In this document: piece after piece, positions 45,808-55,450 of the stretch
Layout of the letters: each line of letters opens with the position of its first letter
Position numbering within the stretch: position 1 is the first letter of the stretch
Assembly (NCBI GenBank): GCA_964421015.1
Contig: CAYQUS010000002.1
Span: forward strand, 8,538 to 72,537
Reading direction: 5' to 3'
DNA from: an uncultured Planctomycetia bacterium
Lineage (GTDB): Bacteria; Omnitrophota; Gorgyraeia; Tantalellales; Tantalellaceae
DNA length: 64,000 nt
Notes under the pieces: model-generated
What the model was told of the DNA's origin: nothing
Databases searched by the model: none
The model's input: the letters and a program-made list of their open reading frames with translations, nothing else
Position numbers and translations under genes: made by a program

Positions 45808-46896
45808 TCAAAGCCCCAGGCTCTTTTCCGCTTCCCGGACGACTTCTTCGATCAGCTCCTTCACGGGAACTATCTTCTTTATCTCCGAAACCCTCGACCC
45901 GGCGAAAACAAGAGCGTTATCCATGTCTCCTTCCGCGGCGTTTATGAGGGCCTTGGCTATACAGAACTGGACCTCGTTCGGGTCGCAAGTCCTTAGGCAC
46001 CTGTAAGCGCATCTTATGGGTTTTCTCTCCCCCTTAAGCACGTCATCTATGAATTTTGTCCTGAGAACTTTAGCCGGCATCCCTACCGGGCTTTGTATGA
46101 AAACTATGGAGCTTGCGTCCGAATTCACATAAAGGTCCTTATACGCCTGGGCCACCGAACACTCCAGGGTCGCCACGAACCTTGTCCCCATCTGCACGCC
46201 GGAAGCTCCCATGGCCATGAATCTGGCCATATCCCGTCCGTCAAAAATACCCCCCGCCGCCATTACCGGTATCTTCTTCTTTTTTACTTTCTCATATTCC
46301 CCCACGGCTTTTAAGACCTCCGTGAAGTTATCTTCAAGTTTTCTCAGCCTTCCGGCTTTCAGGTCCTCTATGGTGTGTCCTCCGATATGCCCGCCCGATA
46401 GGGGCCCTTCCACTATGACCGCGTCCGGAAGAACGTTGTACCTTCTTTTCCAAGTCCTGGCTACCACTTCCAGCCCCCTGGCCGAAGAGATAAGGGGGAT
46501 GAGCTTGATCTGTGAACCTTCCGTATACTCGGGAAGCCTTAATGGCAGACCGGCCCCGGAAATTATATAGTCGGCTTTTTCCTCGACCGTAGTCCGCACA
46601 ATGTCTTCGTAATTACTGAGAGCTACCATCACGTTCACGCCTATAACCCCGGATGACATCTTTCGGGCAAGCCTTATCTCTTTACGCAGATGTTCGCGGC
46701 AGGACTTGGGCACATCGGCCCTGTTCTCTTCGGTATCGGGAGCCAAACCGACGCTGGCTATGGTCCCGGCCGCCCCGCAATCGGCTACCGCCGCGGCCAG
46801 GCTGGAAGTGGAAACTCTTACCCCCATGCCCCCCTGTATTATCGGGACCTTTATTACAAGCTCCCCCATATCTATCGGTCTAAGTTTTGTGTCCAC
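45808..46896 (-). CDS. nitronate monooxygenase family flavin oxidoreductase (FabK-like enoyl-ACP reductase II candidate)
   Basis: PIIQGGMGV..., GGHIGG and AAGGI motifs of the NMO/2-nitropropane dioxygenase TIM-barrel family. Confidence 0.75.
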   Translation of the reverse strand: MDTKLRPIDMGELVIKVPIIQGGMGVRVSTSSLAAAVADCGAAGTIASVGLAPDTEENRADVPKSCREHLRKEIRLARKMSSGVIGVNVMVALSNYEDIVRTTVEEKADYIISGAGLPLRLPEYTEGSQIKLIPLISSARGLEVVARTWKRRYNVLPDAVIVEGPLSGGHIGGHTIEDLKAGRLRKLEDNFTEVLKAVGEYEKVKKKKIPVMAAGGIFDGRDMARFMAMGASGVQMGTRFVATLECSVAQAYKDLYVNSDASSIVFIQSPVGMPAKVLRTKFIDDVLKGERKPIRCAYRCLRTCDPNEVQFCIAKALINAAEGDMDNALVFAGSRVSEIKKIVPVKELIEEVVREAEKSLGL

Positions 46897-46926
46897 CCTA
46901 TGTCCTTTTATGCCGTAAATATCCGG

Positions 46927-48162
46927 TCATCGTCGTATTCTTCTTCTCATTCCTTCGTGAACTTTTCGCTTCCCGGGGCGGAAAGCTCTTCTTCCGGCGC
47001 CTCTTCCCGGAGAAGCCGTTATGAACTTCTCGTCGGGGAGTTCTGGATGCCTCAATATCGGGATGGGAGTCTTTATGAGCTTCTCGATATTCCTTACGTC
47101 GTTTCCCTGTTCGGGTGTCGCGAAAGATATTGCTCTCCCCTCCTGCCCCGCCCTTCCGGTCCTTCCTATCCTGTGAACGTAATTTTCCGTGTCATCGGGA
47201 AGGTCATGGTTTATAACAAGCTCTATTCCGGAAACGTCTATTCCCCTTGAAGCTATGTCCGTAGCCACCAGTATCCGGTACCTTCCGTTCTTGAATCCTT
47301 CCAAAGCTTCTTTTCTCTGTCCCAGGGTCCTGTCGGAATGGATCTCGGCTGCCCGGTGCCCCATGTTCCTGATCATGGATGTTATTTTTCTTGCCCCGAT
47401 CTTGGTCCTGGAAAAAATAAGCACGGAACCCTTGTATTGATCGAGTATTTTTCCAAGGATACGTTTCTTGTCCTCTTTCTTGACTATGAAAAGTTCCTGC
47501 GCGACCTTTTCCGCAGCCGTTCCGGAAGGCGCGACCTCTATATGTACCGGGAGCTTCATCTCCGTGGCCGCGATCTTTAGAACATCCTCCGGTATGGTCG
47601 CGGAAAAAAGCATGGTCTGTCTGTCCTTCGGAATAAGCCCCAGGATCCTTTTTATGTCCGGGAGAAAACCCATATCAAGCATCCTGTCGGCCTCGTCTAT
47701 GACAAGTATCTCTATATCCGAAAGCCGGAGGGTTTTTTGCGTAACATGGTCCATTAGCCTGCCGGGAGTAGCGATTATCACCCTGGGCCTTCTTTTAAGA
47801 TCGGCTATTTGCCTGGTCATCGAGGCTCCGCCTATTATAACGACCGTTTTTACCCCAAAAGCGGGAGAGAGCTTCCTGAAAGTCTCGTCCACCTGTACAG
47901 CCAGCTCCCTGGTAGGGACGAGAACAAGGCACCTTCCCTTTTTCTGCAAAAGTCCCTGCAGGCTCGGTATGGCGAAAGCCAGGGTCTTTCCCGTCCCCGT
48001 CTGAGCGACACCTATAACATCCGTTCCTTCTATAGCCGCCGGTATGGCCTTTTTTTGTATCGGAGTGGGTACTTTGAACTTCATCCGGTCAAGAAGGTCC
48101 AGTATTTTAGGGGCTATCCCCAAATGGTAAAAAGACGCGCCTGTGTCTGTTAGTCCTGTCAT
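46927..48162 (-). CDS. DEAD-box ATP-dependent RNA helicase
   Basis: Q-motif. AQTGTGKT (motif I). PTRELA. DEAD. SAT. HRIGRTGRAG. Confidence 0.9.
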   Translation of the reverse strand: MTGLTDTGASFYHLGIAPKILDLLDRMKFKVPTPIQKKAIPAAIEGTDVIGVAQTGTGKTLAFAIPSLQGLLQKKGRCLVLVPTRELAVQVDETFRKLSPAFGVKTVVIIGGASMTRQIADLKRRPRVIIATPGRLMDHVTQKTLRLSDIEILVIDEADRMLDMGFLPDIKRILGLIPKDRQTMLFSATIPEDVLKIAATEMKLPVHIEVAPSGTAAEKVAQELFIVKKEDKKRILGKILDQYKGSVLIFSRTKIGARKITSMIRNMGHRAAEIHSDRTLGQRKEALEGFKNGRYRILVATDIASRGIDVSGIELVINHDLPDDTENYVHRIGRTGRAGQEGRAISFATPEQGNDVRNIEKLIKTPIPILRHPELPDEKFITASPGRGAGRRAFRPGKRKVHEGMRRRIRR

Positions 48163-48201
48163 ATTTCCCTTTTTCTCCTGCCCGCCTCTTGCGGGACCTT
48201 T

Positions 48202-48828
48202 TTATTTTAAAGCTCTCATCGCTGACGCGAATACCACGGCCGAAAAACCCACAAGTAATACTCCCGAGATCCTGTTGAAAACTCTCAGCGCCGAGAAACG
48301 GAACCTCGGCCTTAATATATCCACTATTCCGCTTAAAACGAACCAGCAGAGGGCGGATCCGGCGATAACGCCTCCGACTATGGCGGTGGAATGACTGACC
48401 CCCGTTCCGCTTTGACCTAATCCCAAAGCGGCGAAAACAGCCCCGAAAACCACTACAGTCACGGGATTCGTGGCAGTTATGGCTGCCGCGGAGACATAAT
48501 TTTCCGCCAGACTTCCGGCTTCCCTCTTTTCTTCCGGAGCCGCGGGCTTGGTTAAAAGAAGCCTGCTTCCTATAAGCGCCAGAAAAAAGCTTCCTGCAAG
48601 AGAAAACCAAACGCTGTTCGCTGACATGAAAGAAGTTATAACGCTTATCCCGTACGCGGCCACAGCCGCGTAAAAACCGTCTCCGGTGACGGCTCCCATT
48701 CCCGAAACAAAACCGGCAAGCCTGCCCCGGGTAAGAGTGCGGTTAACACAAAGCACCCCTACCGGCCCTACCGGAGCGGCTATAAGAACACCTATAATAA
48801 GCCCTTTTAAAAAAAATACGTATTCCAT
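48202..48828 (-). CDS. LysE/RhtB-family amino-acid exporter
   Basis: Six-TM LysE-type profile. Start set at Met13 (MEYVFF). Confidence 0.7.
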   Translation of the reverse strand: MEYVFFLKGLIIGVLIAAPVGPVGVLCVNRTLTRGRLAGFVSGMGAVTGDGFYAAVAAYGISVITSFMSANSVWFSLAGSFFLALIGSRLLLTKPAAPEEKREAGSLAENYVSAAAITATNPVTVVVFGAVFAALGLGQSGTGVSHSTAIVGGVIAGSALCWFVLSGIVDILRPRFRFSALRVFNRISGVLLVGFSAVVFASAMRALK

Positions 48829-48962
48829 GTCCGCACGCCGGATAAAAAACCCTCCTGCCGGCAAAAAGATCGGGTAACGGGGGATTTACCTCGAAAAGTC
48901 CTCTACAAACTACCACTTAATCCAACGGGGGTCAATGTTTTTCGGCTTTATACACCGGTGTC

Positions 48963-49505
48963 TCAAATGAGGGATACAGCCACGCTGAGGGCGGTAGAAA
49001 TAAGCTGGGCGGCCACGCGCCAGGCCTGGCGCGTGTTCTCTCTTTTTTCCAGTTCATTGACCAGGCTCTGCATCCCCACAAGATAAATTATCTTTTTGGC
49101 GTTTTGCTCTTCCGAGATCTCCTTAAGGCCCTGGAAAGCGGTGAACCTGCCGCGAAGCTCGTTATATACGCTCAAGAGGTCCTCCTCGGACCATATCTTA
49201 AGATCTATCTTTTCGAATTTTATTTTCTCGAAAACCCCGGAGGCTTTGATGTATTCTGTTCTTCTCTTTTCTAAAAGCTCCATCTGGACCTGCAGCGTAA
49301 GCGCCTTTGCCGTTTCCTCCGGGCCGGGTTCGACCGGGACGTTGTACGTCATGACCACGGCCTTAAGAGCGGCCTCATCGTCAAGGCTTTTAAAATCCCT
49401 GTACTCTTTGCCCTCGAGCCTGTATGTATGCGGGAACTTCGTGGTCGCGCAGCCGGAGAGAAAAAACAAAAAAACCACGGCTAGCGTGAGAACGGGCAGT
49501 TTCAT
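48963..49505 (-). CDS. lipoprotein, hypothetical
   Basis: MKLPVLTLAVVFLFFLSGC lipobox. Start set at Met14. Confidence 0.5.
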   Translation of the reverse strand: MKLPVLTLAVVFLFFLSGCATTKFPHTYRLEGKEYRDFKSLDDEAALKAVVMTYNVPVEPGPEETAKALTLQVQMELLEKRRTEYIKASGVFEKIKFEKIDLKIWSEEDLLSVYNELRGRFTAFQGLKEISEEQNAKKIIYLVGMQSLVNELEKRENTRQAWRVAAQLISTALSVAVSLI

Positions 49506-49540
49506 GGTCGGCTTTTTCTTCGGGTAAAAATTATGTTTTC

Positions 49541-49705
49541 TCACTTTTTAAGAAGCGCGGCTATTCCCATTCCCAGAACGCCGAAAGCAAGGCATGAGAC
49601 AGCCGGAGATCTCATTATGGGGCATCCGCCGGAAAGACACGCCCCGGATAAAGACAATCCCAGTCCAAGCAGCGCCCCGGCAAGTCCGCCTAAGAGTACC
49701 TTCAT
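49541..49705 (-). CDS. small hydrophobic membrane peptide (54 aa), candidate translationally coupled partner of the CDF transporter
   Basis: Not in the track because it is under 60 aa. Sequence MKVLLGGLAGALLGLGLSLSGACLSGGCPIMRSPAVSCLAFGVLGMGIAALLKK. Its ATG overlaps the CDF stop as ATGA. Confidence 0.35.
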   Translation of the reverse strand: MKVLLGGLAGALLGLGLSLSGACLSGGCPIMRSPAVSCLAFGVLGMGIAALLKK

Positions 49706-50640
49706 GCCGAGTGCCTCCCTGAGGAGGCCATGGGATTGAAGAAAACAACTACATCACAGTTCGGCAGATGCTCTCCGACCTCCTTTTCGAACTCAACGGC
49801 AAGTTCCCACATCCTCTCTGCCGTAAGGTCCGGCAGCACATCAAACCTGACATCGACAAAAAACCTTTCACCGGCCTTTCTTATCCTCACCCGGTGCCTC
49901 CCGAGCCCGCCGGGACTGTATTTTTCGACCGTCCTTTTTATCCTGTCCCTGACATCTTTGCTCGGCGACGCGTCCAATAGATCGCCGGAGCTTTTAAAAA
50001 GAGCCGCCAAAGGCTCTTTTACAAGATACCCCGCCAGGATTATGGTCATAACAGGGTCCAGGTAATGCGTGTATTTTGTTTGCCCGGCGGCCGTAAGAAC
50101 AATCCCCAGAGTGAACCCCAGGAATAAGCCGAACTCAAGAACCGCCTCGGTGAACCAGTGTACGCTGGCCATTCTTAAAAGGCCCGACCCGGTGATCTCA
50201 GCTTCGCGCCTCATATGCAAAAAAACCGCCGTTCCGGTAAAACCGGCAAGAGCCGTCGCGGCGGCCGGAACCCAGTAATTTTTTATGTCTTCGGGGTGGA
50301 TTATGTCCTGTACGGCGAACTTTATTCCCATGACACATGTCGCCACTATAAGAAAACCTTGTCCGGCGACGGTAAAGGGTTCGTATTTATGGTATCCGAA
50401 ATTAAAAAACTCGTCCGGGGGGCGGTGTATCTTGCCTATGGCGTGGAACATGAGAAGTCCCGTCAGCACCATTATGAGGCTTGTCGCAGCGTCTACCATC
50501 ATCGTTATGGAATCCACCGCCAGGCCCGCGGCGGCCGTTATGATCATGATGAAACCCGCCGCACCGACGGAGATCTTGGAAGCCCTGTCCTGCCTTATTC
50601 TGCGAGCCTCTCCCGTTACTGCCATCGCCCCAGAGATCAT
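49702..50640 (-). CDS. cation diffusion facilitator (CDF) family metal efflux transporter
   Basis: Six TM helices plus a C-terminal cytoplasmic domain, with a CzcD-like profile (…SLIMVLTGL…HYLDPVM…). Confidence 0.85.
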   Translation of the reverse strand: MISGAMAVTGEARRIRQDRASKISVGAAGFIMIITAAAGLAVDSITMMVDAATSLIMVLTGLLMFHAIGKIHRPPDEFFNFGYHKYEPFTVAGQGFLIVATCVMGIKFAVQDIIHPEDIKNYWVPAAATALAGFTGTAVFLHMRREAEITGSGLLRMASVHWFTEAVLEFGLFLGFTLGIVLTAAGQTKYTHYLDPVMTIILAGYLVKEPLAALFKSSGDLLDASPSKDVRDRIKRTVEKYSPGGLGRHRVRIRKAGERFFVDVRFDVLPDLTAERMWELAVEFEKEVGEHLPNCDVVVFFNPMASSGRHSA

Positions 50641-50653
50641 TTTCCCTCCACCG

Positions 50654-51220
50654 TCAGATCCTGTCCAGAAGCTGTTTTTTCTTGGACGAGAACTCTTCCT
50701 CAGATATGATCCCTCTATTCCTGAGGGCCTGAACCCTTTCTATCTTCTCGTATATGTCTATCGCTGTTTCCTCTTTTATTTCCGTTCTTTCTTTTTCCCG
50801 GATGGATGTTTTCTCCTCAAAAGCGCGGTCTTCCTCTTTTCTCCTGTCCTTTTCCGGCGCATTTTCCGGGCTTGCCTTTTTGCTTTTTCTTCCCACGCCC
50901 CCCAGGATCTTTGTCAGCATAAAAGTCACTACCGCCGTGATGACGACCGCCAGTACCAGATGCGCCCTGGGAACATTCCCGGTCATATCGAATTTGTCTT
51001 TCTCTCCGGAAGAAGCGGCGGTTTGCGGTTCGGCCTTAACAGCCTTCTGCGTATACGCCGGAGCCGCCCCGAGCCCCATATCTCTCCTTACGCTTGCCCT
51101 TATGTCTGCCTGGAGATCCTCTAAACTTCTTGATTGCGCCCGGGCAGTGCCGTAAATACCCCCGACAGGGAGAGCGACTGCCGCCAACAGAAAAATAACA
51201 TAGTATACCCTTTTAGCCAT
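50654..51220 (-). CDS. membrane protein with a C-terminal SHOCT domain
   Basis: The C-terminus EKIERVQALRNRGIISEEEFSSKKKQLL is a SHOCT motif. Confidence 0.6.
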   Translation of the reverse strand: MAKRVYYVIFLLAAVALPVGGIYGTARAQSRSLEDLQADIRASVRRDMGLGAAPAYTQKAVKAEPQTAASSGEKDKFDMTGNVPRAHLVLAVVITAVVTFMLTKILGGVGRKSKKASPENAPEKDRRKEEDRAFEEKTSIREKERTEIKEETAIDIYEKIERVQALRNRGIISEEEFSSKKKQLLDRI

Positions 51221-51223
51221 GCG

Positions 51224-51553
51224 CTACCCTCCCTTCATAAAGACCATTTTCACTGTTATCCTTTCCCCGTCCTGCCAGGGCCACAGCATTATCATCATGG
51301 CCCCGGAATCGTTCCTTCTTACGTACAGCGTCTGCGTTTTTTCTATCCCGCCGTATTCCTCCGTTATCATCACCTGTTCCGCCGTGGCTTTGCTGCCGGA
51401 GGGCTTTACCGCGGCTCCCATGACTTCACGGAAAATATTTTCCCACAGGTTAAGGTCCCTGGAGTATATCACCATTTCGTGATACTCGGGCTCTTCAGTC
51501 CTTGTCTCATGGACCTCAAGACCCAAAGCTCTTTCCAGTATCTCTTTTATCAT
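51224..51553 (-). CDS. hypothetical protein
   Basis: 109 aa, no family recognised. Confidence 0.45.
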   Translation of the reverse strand: MIKEILERALGLEVHETRTEEPEYHEMVIYSRDLNLWENIFREVMGAAVKPSGSKATAEQVMITEEYGGIEKTQTLYVRRNDSGAMMIMLWPWQDGERITVKMVFMKGG

Positions 51554-51569
51554 GACAGCCTGTTTCCTT

Positions 51570-52139
51570 TCAGGGTCTCAGGTTGGATCTTTTCCCTTTT
51601 CTGAAGATGTCCCGATTAAGCATCTTTTTCCCGCGCTCATACATCATGTCGTAGCTTTTTTCCTCGGGCATGCCTTTTCTTTTAAGAGTGACCAGCGTTT
51701 CCTTATCAAGAAGGACCTGTCCTGACGCGGCGTCGCATATCTGATAATCTATTATCTTTCGCGCGTAATTTTTCCCGGATCTGGTGGCTAGGTCCATAGC
51801 CAGGGCTCCCGCGCCGTATATGTCCGTTACTGGAGCTTTCTCCATCCATACATATTCTTTTACCTCTCCCTTGAACACTATATCGGCGTTCTCCTTAAGT
51901 TCCACTACCTCGAACTTGGGAGATATTCTCGAGGCGAAAACGCTCTTCACCACATCTGTTGACCTTTCCTCGCTGATCTTCGGGTTACCTGTAGCGTTCA
52001 CCATTCTCTCGACGTGCACCTTGACTATGTCCCGGGAAGAGAGAACATCCTCCCACTTCTTATATTCCCTGGCCTCGGACAGGCATGAAAAAGCCAGCAA
52101 CGCGCACACAGCTATCAAGAACATCTTTGTCGGTCTCAT
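51570..52139 (-). CDS. secreted hypothetical protein
   Basis: Signal peptide MRPTKMFLIAVCALLAFSCLSEA. Confidence 0.5.
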   Translation of the reverse strand: MRPTKMFLIAVCALLAFSCLSEAREYKKWEDVLSSRDIVKVHVERMVNATGNPKISEERSTDVVKSVFASRISPKFEVVELKENADIVFKGEVKEYVWMEKAPVTDIYGAGALAMDLATRSGKNYARKIIDYQICDAASGQVLLDKETLVTLKRKGMPEEKSYDMMYERGKKMLNRDIFRKGKRSNLRP

Positions 52140-52774
52140 TTTTCCCCCTCTTTTGTTTTTTCGTCGGATCTCTCATCCCATTCCTCGCCGTCTTTTGTAA
52201 AAAGATAAGGCTCTATTATTACCTTAAGGTCCTCCCAGAATTTTATCCTCTTTTCCGAGGCGGGTTCGGAGCGTGCCGGGAACTCAAGGAACGGAACTTC
52301 TATACCAGATGTTTTCATCTCTTCCGAAATGATCTCCGCCATTATTCCCTTAAGAGCCGGCCCTTCCCCCGCGTCTTCTTCCGCCGGATTCGGGGATTCC
52401 GTCCTGAATTTATTCACCTTGTGCTTGCCCCACTTGACGGCGCATGTCGGGCTGTTCTCAAGCCCTATGAAACACGTCAGGGTATATCCGTTCTTAAGGA
52501 ACTCCCTGACCATGAGCATCGGCACTTTTAAAAGTTCCTTGCAGTGGCTCCTGAAGAACACGCTGTCGTACTGCTGCCTGCCCTGCGGGTTGCGCATAAG
52601 CCCCATTGCGGTGGTCTCGGGGCACGGATACTGTATGACCCCGACCCTCCTATCCATAAGATATGTCATAAGCTCGCTGGATAAGCGGAAATTCTGCCCG
52701 AGCATATGCACCCGGCAATAAGGGTTCACCAGGCACTGCGCTATAAGTATTATTTTCCGTTCTTTTTTGCCCAT
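52136..52774 (-). CDS. hypothetical protein (DUF523-like N-terminus)
   Basis: KIILIAQCLVNPYCRV... Overlaps its neighbour by 4 nt. Confidence 0.45.
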   Translation of the reverse strand: MGKKERKIILIAQCLVNPYCRVHMLGQNFRLSSELMTYLMDRRVGVIQYPCPETTAMGLMRNPQGRQQYDSVFFRSHCKELLKVPMLMVREFLKNGYTLTCFIGLENSPTCAVKWGKHKVNKFRTESPNPAEEDAGEGPALKGIMAEIISEEMKTSGIEVPFLEFPARSEPASEKRIKFWEDLKVIIEPYLFTKDGEEWDERSDEKTKEGEK

Positions 52775-52792
52775 ACCGTCTCTCTCGTATAA

Positions 52793-53335
52793 CTAGAACA
52801 GGAATATGGCCGCCGCCACCACGGTCGTATAGTCGCCTTCGGAACCTATTACGGCGGTCTGGGTTATGTTCGTTGTCTTAACTATCTTGTCGCTCAGCTG
52901 GTATATGGCCCTGTTCTCGTCCCAGGATTTCTGTTCGTCGAATTCAAGCCCCAGCGTCGAGGCCAGCATCGCCGCGGCTATGTCCTCGGCGAAATCCCCC
53001 GCTGTTTTTTCGTTCTGGCCGTATGAGTGATGCTCGCTCAGATACCCGTAAGCGTTGGGGTCGGCCGGGACCGCGCACCCCACGCTTGCCGCTACGAGAC
53101 GATGCGCCTCGTTCGAGGAACACCTGGCCATTACGGTGAAAGTCACCATCCCGGGGGAAAGTTCCTTAATGCCTTCGTTCTTGGATATTACCTGGCAGGA
53201 TGGCGGCAGTATGCTGGAAACGGAAACGAGGTTGCATTTTTCTATACCGGCGTCCCTGAGCGCAAGTTCGAAACTCCTGAGTTCGGCTTTCTGGGTTCCG
53301 ACCCCTTTTGTGAAAAAAACTTTTCTGGGAACCAT
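52793..53335 (-). CDS. pdaD: pyruvoyl-dependent arginine decarboxylase
   Basis: [13 protein letters not shown]...VSVSSILP (Ser-Ser self-cleavage site). Start set at Met8. Confidence 0.8.
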   Translation of the reverse strand: MVPRKVFFTKGVGTQKAELRSFELALRDAGIEKCNLVSVSSILPPSCQVISKNEGIKELSPGMVTFTVMARCSSNEAHRLVAASVGCAVPADPNAYGYLSEHHSYGQNEKTAGDFAEDIAAAMLASTLGLEFDEQKSWDENRAIYQLSDKIVKTTNITQTAVIGSEGDYTTVVAAAIFLF

Positions 53336-53450
53336 CTGTTTTGTGTGAAGGAACATTCCGGCACCTCCCGTTGTTTTTCAAAAGAACTTGTCTCGTCTAT
53401 TGTACACTCTCGGCGCTAATGTGTAAACGCATGCCTTCCCGCGGGATATT

Positions 53451-53849
53451 TCACTCCGCTATTTTCCTGACCGTGACAGCGGGCAGGACCCTTGGTCTTT
53501 TTTTAAAATAGAACGCCACAGCCGCGTATGCCGCCGCCATGGCAGACACAGCCCCGAAAAAACTCAGGACGGGCGATGCCCATACCTTGTAAAAGATCGA
53601 TAGAAATAACAGAAAAACGGCCAGAGGCGCGGCGTAGATCAAAAAGTATATCCTCATCATCGAAGAATTGCTGACCTCTATATCAAGGAGGTCCCCCGGG
53701 GAAACCCCTCCCGCCTCCTCAATGTTTATCTTGAAAGTTTTTGTTCTCGAAGCGGAACAGGAACAGCATTTAGAACATTTTTCGTCGGGAATGGTCCGTA
53801 CAAGCGCTTCCTTGCCTTCGATGCTGATCACGATTGTTTTTTCTTTCAC
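53451..53849 (-). CDS. RseC/MucC-family protein (SoxR-reducing-system component-like)
   Basis: N-terminal Cys cluster (CSKCCSCS) followed by two C-terminal TM helices. Confidence 0.55.
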   Translation of the reverse strand: MKEKTIVISIEGKEALVRTIPDEKCSKCCSCSASRTKTFKINIEEAGGVSPGDLLDIEVSNSSMMRIYFLIYAAPLAVFLLFLSIFYKVWASPVLSFFGAVSAMAAAYAAVAFYFKKRPRVLPAVTVRKIAE

Positions 53850-55162
53850 CGCTGTTTTCCTTTTCCCCGCAGAAAATCCATTCTTTCTTTTATTTTTTTC
53901 TCGAACCCTTCGTCGGAGGGAGTGTAATATTCTCTTTTCTCGCTCATGTACTCCTGGTCCACGTAATGCCCTTCATATTCATGCGCGTACTTATACCCCA
54001 CTCCCCTTCCCAGGGCCTCCGCTCCCTTGTACCCCGAGGATTTCAGATGGTCCGGGACCTCCTGTGTTCTCCGGTTCTTGACGTCATCCATGGCCTTTTC
54101 TATGGCTTCGTAAGCGGAATTGCTTTTAGGGGCGCACGCTACATATATCGTGGCCTGGGCCAGCGGTATTCTCGCCTCCGGCAGGCCTATGAATTCGGCC
54201 GCCTGCAAAGCCGAATTGGCTATAACAAGCGCCTGCGGATCGGCGTTCCCCACATCTTCGGAAGCGCAGATGACAAGCCTTCTGGCCACGAACCTTGGAT
54301 CCTCTCCGGCGGTTATCATTTTAGCCAGCCAGTAAAGCGCCGCGTCCGGGTCAGAACCTCGCATGCTCTTTATGTAGGCGCTGGCGGCGTCATAATGCCC
54401 GTCGCCGGTTTTGTCGTAAACTATGCTTTTTTTCTGGATAGAGTCTTCCGCCGCCTCCAGCGTGACATTCACCGTACCGTCTGGACCGGCCTCTGTCGTA
54501 AGAACGGCGATCTCAAGAGCTCCGAGGGCCTTACGCGCGTCCCCGTCGGACGTTCTGGCGATATGTTCCAGGGCTTTTTCGTCAACCGAGGTCTTTATCC
54601 TTCCGAAACCCCTTTCCTCGTCCTTAAGGGCTTTTTTCAAAAGACCGATTATTCCCTCGTCAGTGAGTTTTTTGAACTCAAATACCTGGCTCCTTGAAAG
54701 AAGCGCCGAATTCACATAAAAAAAGGGGTTCTCCGTGGTCGTGCCTATGAGTATTATGCCGCCTCGCTCTATCTCGGGCAAAAGAACGTCCTGCTGGGAT
54801 TTACTGAACCTGTGTATCTCGTCAAGGAGAAGTATGGTTTTTCTGCCGCTAAGGTTTTTTTTGCTCCAGGCGGCCTCTATGACGGATCTGATCTCCGCTA
54901 CATTGCTGGAAACGGCGTTCTTTCTTACAAAATCCGCTCCGGTCTTTCTTGAAATGACCTCGGCAAGAGCTGTTTTCCCGACCCCGGGGGGACCGTAAAA
55001 GATAACCGAGGCCACCCTGTCCGACTCTATGGCCCTTTTTAAAAGTTTTCCCTCGCCCAGGATATGTTCCTGGCAGGCTATATCATCAAGCTCCCGGGGA
55101 CACATCCTCGCGGCCAGGGGCAAGCGTGTTTTATTTTCTGGAAGGCTCTCGAAAAGATCCAT
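53846..55162 (-). CDS. rarA: replication-associated recombination protein A (MgsA/RarA AAA+ ATPase)
   Basis: GPPGVGKTALA, LLLDEIHRF and RarA C-terminal motifs. Confidence 0.9.
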   Translation of the reverse strand: MDLFESLPENKTRLPLAARMCPRELDDIACQEHILGEGKLLKRAIESDRVASVIFYGPPGVGKTALAEVISRKTGADFVRKNAVSSNVAEIRSVIEAAWSKKNLSGRKTILLLDEIHRFSKSQQDVLLPEIERGGIILIGTTTENPFFYVNSALLSRSQVFEFKKLTDEGIIGLLKKALKDEERGFGRIKTSVDEKALEHIARTSDGDARKALGALEIAVLTTEAGPDGTVNVTLEAAEDSIQKKSIVYDKTGDGHYDAASAYIKSMRGSDPDAALYWLAKMITAGEDPRFVARRLVICASEDVGNADPQALVIANSALQAAEFIGLPEARIPLAQATIYVACAPKSNSAYEAIEKAMDDVKNRRTQEVPDHLKSSGYKGAEALGRGVGYKYAHEYEGHYVDQEYMSEKREYYTPSDEGFEKKIKERMDFLRGKGKQR

Positions 55163-55211
55163 TTTTGATCTCGGCTATAGGTCTTTCGGGTTAAAAACGC
55201 GCCGCCGCGCG

Positions 55212-55241
55212 AAAAACAGGGGCCGGAACGAGTCCGGCCCC
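55212..55241 (-). terminator. Rho-independent terminator downstream of pheT
   Basis: On the minus strand: ggggccgga-ctcgt-tccggcccc followed by tgttttt. Confidence 0.55.
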
Positions 55242-55450
55242 CGGACCATCGTGCCGTCCGCAAGAAAGAGAATTTTAGACCTGGTAATCCAGGTGGGTGC
55301 CCTCCCGCATGCCTCGAAAGGCGAGCGAAGTTAGGCTCCCGGGTCGTAAGTGTTGGTCAAATTCTCTGTTCCAGGTCACGCGCACAACAGAGCATTAATG
55401 ACTGTGTTATCTATCTTCCGGACAAAATACCGTCCCGGATAGACCGTTCT

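Noticed and set aside
55242-55450. RNase P RNA, SRP RNA or 6S RNA in the pheT-rarA intergenic region
   Set aside because: No P4-type GGAAAGUCCGG...ACAGAA signature and no SRP domain IV motif. Only a terminator and generic hairpins.
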